64,000 nucleotides of DNA from Phycisphaerales bacterium. GTDB lineage: Bacteria; Planctomycetota; Phycisphaerae; Phycisphaerales; UBA1924. Below, piece by piece: positions 50,300-58,137 of this stretch (the stretch's first letter is position 1; the number at the start of each line of letters is the position of its first letter). The notes below the pieces were generated by a model. The model was not told where the DNA came from. It did not search any database and was given only the letters and a program-made list of their open reading frames with translations. The stretch spans positions 1 through 64,000 of the forward strand of contig JAJDDG010000005.1 of assembly GCA_029260435.1 (NCBI GenBank). The letters are read 5' to 3'. Position numbers and translations under genes: made by a program.

Positions 50300-50560
50300 C
50301 TATGCAATCGTGAGAACTGGTTGTTCATCAAACTTGCTGCTGGTGTACATCTGAAACGGTCTGGATTCAATCTCGGTGCGTGCCTTTATTCCTGGCACGG
50401 TGATGGGTTGTCCACATCTCAAGCACCTTATGGCTTCGCCTGCCAGATTGATCGAATCCTCATTCTCAAGCCGACAATTTGGACACGAATGCTTAATTGT
50501 AATACGACCGGTCGTGCGGCATCGCTTTAACTGATACGGAATTGGCTTCTGATCTGTCAT
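50300..50560 (-). CDS. small zinc-ribbon protein (CPNC-x15-CLRCG) in a low-GC patch
   Basis: 86 aa from CAT 50558-50560 with GGAG upstream; two CxxC pairs; GC ~47% versus ~66% in the flanks. Confidence 0.45.
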   Translation of the reverse strand: MTDQKPIPYQLKRCRTTGRITIKHSCPNCRLENEDSINLAGEAIRCLRCGQPITVPGIKARTEIESRPFQMYTSSKFDEQPVLTIA

Positions 50561-50773
50561 CACGGGCTCCGTTCGTTTGGCCTGGTCAGCGCGGCCCGAT
50601 TGTCTCCGTGATGCTACGTTCAATCAAGCAAGCCATTCATCACTTCTCTTGATACGCCGGCGCGAAAAGGGCAGGCGTGGGTTCGTGTTTGTGTGAGGGG
50701 ATAGGGTTCGGGAGGGGGATCTGAGTGGTTAGGCGCGCAAAATGACGGCTGAGCCACATATCCGACCGGGGCC

Positions 50774-51085
50774 ATGCTGAACGATTACGGGCATAATCCT
50801 CCTACGGGTGGAGGGAGGTTGAGGATGGCGGTGAGGGTGTTCTACACGGGGGTGTTGGAACGGAGCGGGGATTCGATGGTTGTCCGGACGATCGGGCCGT
50901 CGGGCGGGGATGGGGAGATCGAACTGGATGAGCCGCAGGTGGTGATCGACTCGGCGAAGCTGCGCCGGTGGGTGCATGAGCACGCGGGGGAAGCGGGGGA
51001 GGAGCCGTACGGGGTGACGCTTCGGTTTAGGCGCGTGACAGGTGAGGAGGCGGAGGAGGCGCTGGAGTCTGTTGAGGAGGGGTAG
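50774..51085 (+). CDS. hypothetical acidic protein
   Basis: ORF only; weak support. Confidence 0.3.
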   Translation: MLNDYGHNPPTGGGRLRMAVRVFYTGVLERSGDSMVVRTIGPSGGDGEIELDEPQVVIDSAKLRRWVHEHAGEAGEEPYGVTLRFRRVTGEEAEEALESVEEG

Positions 51086-51428
51086 GGAGGTTGGGGAGGG
51101 TCTGTTTTCAGTGATGCTGCGCGTCACTTTTATGTAAGGAAGTAAAGATGAAGAGCACTGACCCGAGGACGGGTCAGTGGCACGGGGAGAAGAGCGTCGA
51201 TTGGCACGGAGGGCAAGCGGTGGCACTCAGCGTGTTGGATCGTGGTTTACGCCTACGGCGTATACCACGGCACCCGGCTGGAGATGGTGGTGGATGATGA
51301 ATAGAAGTGTTCAAAGCATGTGAAGACCCCCTCACCCGGTCTCATCCCGGCGCGCCGGGATTCGACCACCCTCTCCCTGGAAAGGGAGAGGGGGCAGGAC
51401 AGGATTCGGCGGGGTAGAGTAGTCGGCG

Positions 51429-52763
51429 ATGTTTGAACGACGACCAACACGGCAGATTGTGCTCGGTGACGAGCGGGTGGGGATTGTGCGTATCGGGGGC
51501 GGTGCGCCGACGGCGCGGCACCCGGAGGCGACGCTGGATAGCGCGGCGGAGGACGGCGGGCCTGCGCCGGTGGTCGTGCAGACGATGACGGCGGGGTACA
51601 CCTACGACGTGGACGCGTGCGTCATGGAGATCAACAAGCTCGCGGCGGCGGGGGCGGATGTTGTGCGGGTGGCTGTTCCGGAGAAGAAGGACACGGCGGC
51701 GCTCAAGGAGATTATCCCGCGGGTTCGGGTGGCGATCGTTGCGGATGTGCATTTTCATTTTCAGCGTGCACTGGAGGCGGTGGAGGCGGGCGTACACAAG
51801 ATCAGGCTTAATCCTGGGAACATCTCGGATCGGGCGCAGGTGGATGAGGTGATCGACGCGTGCAAGGCGCAGGGGATACCCATCCGGGTCGGGGTGAACG
51901 AGGGGTCGATCATCGAGCGGAAGGACAAGCAGCAGCGGAAGGAAGAGCTGGGTAAGTTTTTCGAGAAGTCCAATGTCGGCGGGCACAACGCGCATCTGCT
52001 TGCGCTGATGATCGTGAAGCTCGAAGAATATATGGACATCTTTACGGCGCGCGATTTCCACGATGTGTGCATCAGCGCGAAGTCGATGGACGCGGCGTTT
52101 GTTGTTGATGTGTATCGCGAGGTTTCGAGGCGGTTTGATTACCCGCTGCACCTCGGGGTGACGCACGCTGGTCCAAAGGAAACGGGCGCGATCCGCTCGA
52201 TCGCGGCGCTGAGCGGGCTGCTGTGTCAGGGGATCGGGGACACGGTGCGGATCAGCTACGCGAACGATCCGGTGTTTGAGGTGGAGGACGGGCTCGAGCT
52301 GTGTTATTCGCTGAGCCTGCGTGAGCGGAAGGGTGTGGACCTGATCGCGTGCCCGACGTGCGGGCGGATCCAGGTGGATCTGTTCACGCTTGTGCAGGAT
52401 GTGCGCAAGAAGCTGGCGGCGGATATCAGGGTGCCGATGAAGGTTGCGGTGATGGGGTGTGTGGTGAATGGGCCGGGCGAGGCGGAGGGCGCGGATGTTG
52501 CGGTGTTTGCGGGAGATCGCAAGGGGATTATTTATGTGCAGGGTGAGCGGGTGGCGAATGTGACGGAGGAGGAGATTCTTGAGCGGCTGCACGCGGAGTG
52601 CATGGCGTTTCAGGATCGGGTAGAGCGCGGTGAGGCGAAGCTGGGTGAGAAGGTGGTGGAGATTGTGCCGCCCGATCCGATCGGGGAGCTGGGCTCGGGC
52701 GAGGCGATTATCGCGCGGGGTGATGTGAGCACGGTGACGCCGCTTACGGTGGGCGGGGAGTGA
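51429..52763 (+). CDS. ispG: 4-hydroxy-3-methylbut-2-enyl diphosphate synthase
   Basis: GcpE TIM-barrel N-domain and a 4Fe-4S C-domain (CPTCGR...C). 444 aa, with an insertion relative to the short bacterial form. Confidence 0.9.
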   Translation: MFERRPTRQIVLGDERVGIVRIGGGAPTARHPEATLDSAAEDGGPAPVVVQTMTAGYTYDVDACVMEINKLAAAGADVVRVAVPEKKDTAALKEIIPRVRVAIVADVHFHFQRALEAVEAGVHKIRLNPGNISDRAQVDEVIDACKAQGIPIRVGVNEGSIIERKDKQQRKEELGKFFEKSNVGGHNAHLLALMIVKLEEYMDIFTARDFHDVCISAKSMDAAFVVDVYREVSRRFDYPLHLGVTHAGPKETGAIRSIAALSGLLCQGIGDTVRISYANDPVFEVEDGLELCYSLSLRERKGVDLIACPTCGRIQVDLFTLVQDVRKKLAADIRVPMKVAVMGCVVNGPGEAEGADVAVFAGDRKGIIYVQGERVANVTEEEILERLHAECMAFQDRVERGEAKLGEKVVEIVPPDPIGELGSGEAIIARGDVSTVTPLTVGGE

Positions 52764-53554
52764 GCACGCTGCGCGGCGTGTGCGCGGTTGCCTTTGCGGT
52801 GATGTTATGTGGGTGCGGGTGGTCGGGTGCGGTGAATCCGTCGTTTGATGTGAGTGTGGATGACGCGCAGCGCGCGCTTTGTGAGATGGAGTTGGATAAG
52901 AGGGTGCTCGCGCGGCCGGTGGTTGTTGCGGGCGGGTATTACGATCCGGGGACGGGTGTACACGAGGTAGCGGAGCGGCTGCGCGGGGTGGTGGAAAATC
53001 CAGAGGATGTGATCGAGATCGCGTTTTTGACGACGGGGAGCTTTGAGACGGCGCGGGCGCGAGTGATCGAGCGGGTTGAGGGGGCGTTTGATTCGGGGAA
53101 AGGGGATGAGACGGTTGAGGTGGATGTGGTGGGGATCTCGATGGGGGGGTTGGTTGCGCGGTACGCGGCGATCGAGAATGGCGGGGCGCACAAGCGGCTG
53201 CGGATTCGGCGGTTGTTTACGATTTCGACGCCGCACCGGGGTGCGGATCTTGCGGCGCTACCGACCTTGGATGAGAAGCAGCTCGGGATGCGGGAGGGGT
53301 CTGTGTTTTTGTCTGCGCTGTACGCGGCATCGGTGGATTACGAGATTATTCCGTATGCGCGTCTTGGCGATGTGATCGTCGGGGTGGAGAATTGTGCGCC
53401 GGATGGGGTGACGCCGATCTGGGTTGCGAATCGATTTCTGGAGCCGGCGCATATTGCGGCGCAGGACGACCCGCGGTTTTCGGCGGATATCGCGCGGCGG
53501 CTTCGGGGTGAGGCGTCGTTTGCGACTGAGCCACGCGCGGCGCTGCCGGAGTGA
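52760..53554 (+). CDS. lipoprotein with an alpha/beta-hydrolase (GxSxG esterase/lipase) fold
   Basis: Lipobox AVMLCGCG. GISMGG nucleophile elbow. Start overlaps the ispG stop. Confidence 0.6.
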   Translation: MSTLRGVCAVAFAVMLCGCGWSGAVNPSFDVSVDDAQRALCEMELDKRVLARPVVVAGGYYDPGTGVHEVAERLRGVVENPEDVIEIAFLTTGSFETARARVIERVEGAFDSGKGDETVEVDVVGISMGGLVARYAAIENGGAHKRLRIRRLFTISTPHRGADLAALPTLDEKQLGMREGSVFLSALYAASVDYEIIPYARLGDVIVGVENCAPDGVTPIWVANRFLEPAHIAAQDDPRFSADIARRLRGEASFATEPRAALPE

Positions 53555-54466
53555 TCAGGCGTCGAGGGCTGCGCGGAGGACGCCTTGCGATTCGGTGAGG
53601 CGGGCGTCTGCCTGACCGAGAGTGAGCGAGCGGAGGTGCATGAGCACGGCATGCTTGACGGAGTTGTCTGCGCGGTCGAGGAGGGTGAGGGCGGCGGGGC
53701 GGTCGAGGTCGGTGAGGGTTGTGATGATGCGGGCGGCGCGGTCGCGGAGTTTGTCGTTGGTTGCGCGGAGGTCAACCATGAGGTTTTCGTAGGCTTTGCC
53801 GGCGCGGATCATGAGTGTGGTGGTGATGGTGTTGAGCGCGAGTTTGGTTGCGGTGCCTGCTTTCATGCGGGTGGAGCCGGTGAGCAGTTCGGGGCCGGTG
53901 TCGATGAAGATTGTGTGGTGGGCGGCGGAATTGGCGATCGGGGTGCAGGTGAGCAGGGCGGTACGTGCGCCTGCACGGTTTGCGGAATCGATTGCGCCGA
54001 GTGGGTAGGGCGTGGTGCCCCCGGCGGCGATGGCGATGAGTGTGTCGAGCTTGGTGAGTTTGAGTTTGGAGAGTTCGGGTTCTGCGCCGAGGGGGTCGTC
54101 TTCCATGCCTTCGGAGGAGGTGCGGAGGGCAGAGTCGCCTCCCGCGATGATGGCGATGATGCGCGAGGGATCGGTCTGGAATGTTGGGGGGCATTCGGAT
54201 GCGTCGAGGACGCCGAGTCTGCCGGATGTTCCTGCGCCGATGTAGATGAGGCGGCCGCCGGCGAGGAAGCGGGGCTCGATGTCTTGGATGAGGGCGGTGA
54301 GTTGTGGGAGGGCGACTTTGACGGCGGGGGCGACGAGGTGGTCTTCGGTGTTGATGAGCGCGGCGCAGTCGGCGACGGAGAGTGTGTCGAGGCGCATGGA
54401 GCGGGGGTTGCGGTGCTCGGTGCGGACGTGGGCGCGGTCGGGGGGATGGTCGGGTTGGTTGGTCAT
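53555..54466 (-). CDS. murQ: N-acetylmuramic acid 6-phosphate etherase
   Basis: SIS domain LIYIGAGTSGRLGVLDASECPPTF, collinear with E. coli MurQ. The start overlaps the anmK stop (ATGA). The upstream Arg-rich part of the long ORF is rejected. Confidence 0.85.
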   Translation of the reverse strand: MTNQPDHPPDRAHVRTEHRNPRSMRLDTLSVADCAALINTEDHLVAPAVKVALPQLTALIQDIEPRFLAGGRLIYIGAGTSGRLGVLDASECPPTFQTDPSRIIAIIAGGDSALRTSSEGMEDDPLGAEPELSKLKLTKLDTLIAIAAGGTTPYPLGAIDSANRAGARTALLTCTPIANSAAHHTIFIDTGPELLTGSTRMKAGTATKLALNTITTTLMIRAGKAYENLMVDLRATNDKLRDRAARIITTLTDLDRPAALTLLDRADNSVKHAVLMHLRSLTLGQADARLTESQGVLRAALDA

Positions 54467-55557
54467 GGTTGTGGGGGGTATGTCCATGTGCCTGCGATGG
54501 GCGCGGGGTCGGTGCAGTTGGTGACAGCTGGGAGGGTGATGGGGACGGCGTCTGCGCAGAGGATGCCGAGCACGGCGAAGGCGGCGGCTTCGCGGTATTG
54601 GGCGGGGATGGCGAGTTCGTCGGAGAGGATGACTTCGCAGGACGTCGCATCGCGGATTGCATTGATGAGCGCGGCGTTGAGGACACCGCCTCCGGCGAGG
54701 ACGAGTGTGCTGTGTGGGGCGGCGGCGCGGGCGACGGTTTGTGCGATCGCAGCGCAGGCGGTTGCGCACATGTCTTCGGGTGAGAGGGCGCTATTCGCGG
54801 AGATCCAGTCGATGAGTTCGTCGCCCGAGCCGAGCGAGCGGTTGGCGGATTGTTGGTCGGTGAGGAGGTCGGCGAGTTGTTCGCGGGGTTTATCGCGGGC
54901 CCATCCCTCGGCGGCGGCGTTGCCCGATTCGTCGAAGGGGAGGTGGAGGCGCTGGCGGGCGATGGCGTCGAGGAGCTGGTTGCAGGCGCAGATGTCGAAG
55001 CCGGAGAGTTCGTTATCTGATGTGATGCGGGTGGCATTGGCGAAGCCGCCCAGGTTGAGGATGGTGCAGGGTGGTTTGCAATCGGCGTAGAGGATGGTGT
55101 CGGCGATGGGTGTGATTGGTGCGCCTTGCCCGGAGGCGGCGAGGTCGGCGGCGCGGAGATCACAGACGACTGGGGTGTTTGTTGCGCGGGCGATGGGCGC
55201 GGGGTTGAGGAGCTGGAGGGAGAGGGGAGGGTCGTGGTAGAGGGTTTGGCCGTGAGCGCAGATAAGATCGGGCGAGACGTTTGCTTTGGTGAGGAGTTGG
55301 GTGATTGTTTCGGCGTGGAGCTCGCCTAGTCGGAGGGCGAGGCGGGCGAAGTCTTTGGCGGCAACCGGTGCGCCGAGGGCGATCGAGCGGAGGTGTCGGG
55401 CGATGGGGCCGAGCTCCTGGGAGTGGCCAGCGAGGAAAGCAGCACTCATGTTGGGGTAGGTGCCTGTGCATTCGACGAGGGCGACATCGATGGCGTCGAT
55501 GGAGGTGCCGGTCATGCAGCCGACGGCGAGGCGGGGGGATTGATCGTTGGTGGTCAT
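54463..55557 (-). CDS. anmK: anhydro-N-acetylmuramic acid kinase
   Basis: GCMTGTSIDAIDVAL N-terminal ASKHA motif. Full-length AnmK similarity. Confidence 0.85.
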   Translation of the reverse strand: MTTNDQSPRLAVGCMTGTSIDAIDVALVECTGTYPNMSAAFLAGHSQELGPIARHLRSIALGAPVAAKDFARLALRLGELHAETITQLLTKANVSPDLICAHGQTLYHDPPLSLQLLNPAPIARATNTPVVCDLRAADLAASGQGAPITPIADTILYADCKPPCTILNLGGFANATRITSDNELSGFDICACNQLLDAIARQRLHLPFDESGNAAAEGWARDKPREQLADLLTDQQSANRSLGSGDELIDWISANSALSPEDMCATACAAIAQTVARAAAPHSTLVLAGGGVLNAALINAIRDATSCEVILSDELAIPAQYREAAAFAVLGILCADAVPITLPAVTNCTDPAPIAGTWTYPPQP

Positions 55558-56882
55558 AGGGATGTGGGGAAGTATGCGCATGATTCGTCGAGCCCGCCTA
55601 GTCGGGAGCGGGTGAGCCAGAGCGCGCGGTGCTCGGCAACGAGGGCGCGGAGGCGGGCGGTGAGGAGTGCGCGGTCGGCGGGTGCGGTTGGGGAGAGGGA
55701 TTTTTCGGTGGCGAGTTGGGCGAGGGCGAGGGAGTGGGCGAGTTCGTGGTGGGTGAGGGGGTCGAGGGAGGGGGCGAGATTATGGAGTTGGGATTCGAGG
55801 GCGGCGAGGTTGGCTTGTGTGGTGTGCCATGTTTCGAGGGGGGCAGGAGGATCGGATGTGCGGTGGAGTTCGTAGAAGAAGGCGGATTGGTTGCGGAGGT
55901 TGAGCGCGGCGCGGGGGAGGGCGTCTGCATCGCCCAGGGCTTCGATCCACGGGCCGAGGGGGGCGCAGTTGAAGAGTTTTTGTGCGGCGGCGCTTGGGTT
56001 GAACGGTGCATCGGGGTTGCGGGCTGCGGCTGCGCCGTGGGCGATTGAGAGGAGTTCGATGGGGAGCTGCTGGCGGCAGCCCAGGTCGCCCCAGTTGCAG
56101 GTCATGAGGCCTTGTGCTTGGGAGGCGGCGCGGGTGGCGGCGACGATGTTTTCCCGGCGGGGGGTGGTGCGCCCGGTGAAGGAGCGCCAGGCGGAGGTGC
56201 CCGGGCAGAGGAGGAAATCGAAGCCGGCGGCGTGGGCGCGGGAAGCCATGTCGGCGAAGGGGGTGTCTGGTTCGTAGCCCCAGAGGAGGAGGGTGGTGTC
56301 TTTGGGGAGGCGGTGGGCCCAGCGTTCGGCGGGGTGGCGCATGAGCATGTCGCCCCACATCATCGGGAGTTTGTTGTGCGCGCGGCAGAGGTCGCAGACG
56401 CGGGACACGTGATCGAGGTAGAGGTCGAGGCGGGAATCGTCTGGCGCGATGTCGAATGCTTCGTCGCAGCCGATGTTGACTTTGTTTGAGGAGAAGCAGG
56501 GGAGCATCTGGTCGAGGAGGTCTTTGATGAGTTCGATGGAGCGTGGGTCTGAAGGGTTGAGCGAGAAGGGGCCCGAGCGGGGGATGGTGCGCCCGTCGTC
56601 TGTCTGGAAGGACCAGTCGCCGGTGGTTGCGGCGAGGTGGGCGTATTCGGGGAGGTTGAGCCAGCGCTCCATGTGGGCGAGGGTGTTGAGGCAGGGGACG
56701 AGTTCGATGGCGAGGGATTTGCAGAGGGCGTCGAGCTCGCGCGCTTCGGCGGGGGTGATTGGCGAGGCGTGTTGCCAGACGGTTTCGTGCCCTCGCCAGG
56801 AGAAGGTGTGCTCGGTGTAGAGGTGGAGTTGGTTGATCTTGAGGGATGCGAGGGTGCGGATGATGTGGGCGAGGGTGTCCAT
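55554..56882 (-). CDS. beta-N-acetylhexosaminidase (GH20 catalytic domain)
   Basis: LKINQLHLYTEHTFSW and NIGCDEA GH20 catalytic motifs. Start at MDTLAHI (CAT 56880-56882). The stop overlaps the anmK start (ATGA). Confidence 0.75.
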   Translation of the reverse strand: MDTLAHIIRTLASLKINQLHLYTEHTFSWRGHETVWQHASPITPAEARELDALCKSLAIELVPCLNTLAHMERWLNLPEYAHLAATTGDWSFQTDDGRTIPRSGPFSLNPSDPRSIELIKDLLDQMLPCFSSNKVNIGCDEAFDIAPDDSRLDLYLDHVSRVCDLCRAHNKLPMMWGDMLMRHPAERWAHRLPKDTTLLLWGYEPDTPFADMASRAHAAGFDFLLCPGTSAWRSFTGRTTPRRENIVAATRAASQAQGLMTCNWGDLGCRQQLPIELLSIAHGAAAARNPDAPFNPSAAAQKLFNCAPLGPWIEALGDADALPRAALNLRNQSAFFYELHRTSDPPAPLETWHTTQANLAALESQLHNLAPSLDPLTHHELAHSLALAQLATEKSLSPTAPADRALLTARLRALVAEHRALWLTRSRLGGLDESCAYFPTSL

Positions 56883-57026
56883 CGTGGGGACGCGGCAGCG
56901 GGAGATATCCCAGAGGACGGCGCGGGTTGGCGGCGCGGGGGGGGGCTCGGTGGAGGATAGGGATGGAACAGGGGGGGGCGTCACATGGTTGATCCGGTGG
57001 GCGGCATTGGAAGGTAGGTTATTGGT

Positions 57027-57593
57027 ATGGCTTATATCCGAACGATCGATGAGAGCGCGGCTGAGGGGGAGCTTGCGAAGCAGTACAAGCGCGGGGCGAA
57101 CCCGGACGGGAGTGTGGACAATGTGCTGAAAGTGCATTCGCTCAACCCGGCGTCGCTGGGAGCGCACATGGATTTGTATGTGCAGGCGGTGCACATGCCG
57201 TCGGCGGTGACGCGGGCGGAGCGGGAGATGGTGGGTGTGTTGGTGAGCTGGCTGAATGGGTGCGGGTACTGCGTTGCGCACCACGCGCGGGGGTTGAGGC
57301 GGGAGCTTGGCGGGGCGCGGGGTGAGGTAGTGGATGGGCTTGAGCGTGGGGAGATTGTTGGGGTGAACGAGCGGGAGGGGGCGATGCTTCGGTACGCGGG
57401 GAAGCTGACGGTGCGAGCGAGCGAGATTGTTGAGGGGGACGTGGTTGCGCTGCGGGAGGCGGGGTTGGACGATCGTGAGATATTGGACGTTGTGCAGGTG
57501 GTGGGGTACTTCTGCTACGCGAACAGGGTGGTGCTTGGATTGGGCGCGGCGTTGGAGACCGAGGAGAAGCTGGGGCATCATCCGTCCGTATAA
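57027..57593 (+). CDS. carboxymuconolactone-decarboxylase-family (AhpD-like, peroxidase-related) protein
   Basis: CGYCVAHH motif; TIGR01926-like length of 188 aa. Confidence 0.8.
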   Translation: MAYIRTIDESAAEGELAKQYKRGANPDGSVDNVLKVHSLNPASLGAHMDLYVQAVHMPSAVTRAEREMVGVLVSWLNGCGYCVAHHARGLRRELGGARGEVVDGLERGEIVGVNEREGAMLRYAGKLTVRASEIVEGDVVALREAGLDDREILDVVQVVGYFCYANRVVLGLGAALETEEKLGHHPSV

Positions 57594-57729
57594 GCGGGCG
57601 CGGTAGATAGGGCGAGCGATTGAGGGAGGAGGGGTCGGGTCGGGCTTATTCGGGTGGGGAGACACACCGATGAAGTTGTTATGCCGCGCTCCAGGGATGG
57701 AGCGTGTGTTGTTGCACGGAGGGTGTGTT

Positions 57730-58119
57730 ATGGCAAACAGCTTTGTGGAGTTCCTCGTGGACCGAGGCACGATTAGTGTTGAACAGGGGACGGGTGTTGT
57801 TGAGTGGGCGCGGTTGAGCCGTGATCTTCTCGGGGCGATCGCGATGGAGCACGGGCTCTTGAGCGGCGAGCAGATCTGCGCGGTGGTGCAGCATCAGCGT
57901 GAGGGGGGGGGGATGTTCGGGGATGCGTGCATCGAGCTCGGGTTTTTGAATCGGTGTGAGGTGGAGGTGCTGCTGCGCGCGCAGGAGATGCGGACGCTGC
58001 GGTGCGAGGTCGAGCGTGTGATCCTCGGTGGGCTTGTGGTGGCGGATGACATTTGGGGGTTGTTGGGCGGGTATTACGGGTGCGAGCAAGGGCTACCCGC
58101 GGCGTCGGACGCTGCGTGA
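57730..58119 (+). CDS. hypothetical protein
   Basis: ORF upstream of the GGDEF gene; start uncertain (57670 or 57730). Confidence 0.35.
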   Translation: MANSFVEFLVDRGTISVEQGTGVVEWARLSRDLLGAIAMEHGLLSGEQICAVVQHQREGGGMFGDACIELGFLNRCEVEVLLRAQEMRTLRCEVERVILGGLVVADDIWGLLGGYYGCEQGLPAASDAA

Positions 58120-58137
58120 AGAGAGGGTATGTAGCAG

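Noticed and set aside
50321-50530. 69-aa plus-strand ORF in the low-GC island
   Set aside because: It is entirely antisense to the better-supported zinc-ribbon ORF and has no RBS.
660-51400. Possibility that the GTGCCAC palindromes form a CRISPR array
   Set aside because: The hairpins are dispersed over 50 kb, are heterogeneous, and are not separated by unique spacers of regular length. No cas genes are present.
53555-54769. Arg-rich 100-aa N-terminus of the murQ ORF
   Set aside because: It has nonsense composition and overlaps the anmK coding region. Alignment with E. coli MurQ places the start at 54466.
55554-57770. 738-aa ORF; the N-terminal 296 aa are Pro/His/Arg-rich
   Set aside because: That N-terminal part lies antisense to a well-supported AhpD-like gene (57027..57593). 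The GH20 catalytic domain begins at MDTLAHI, so the CDS was trimmed to 55554..56882.
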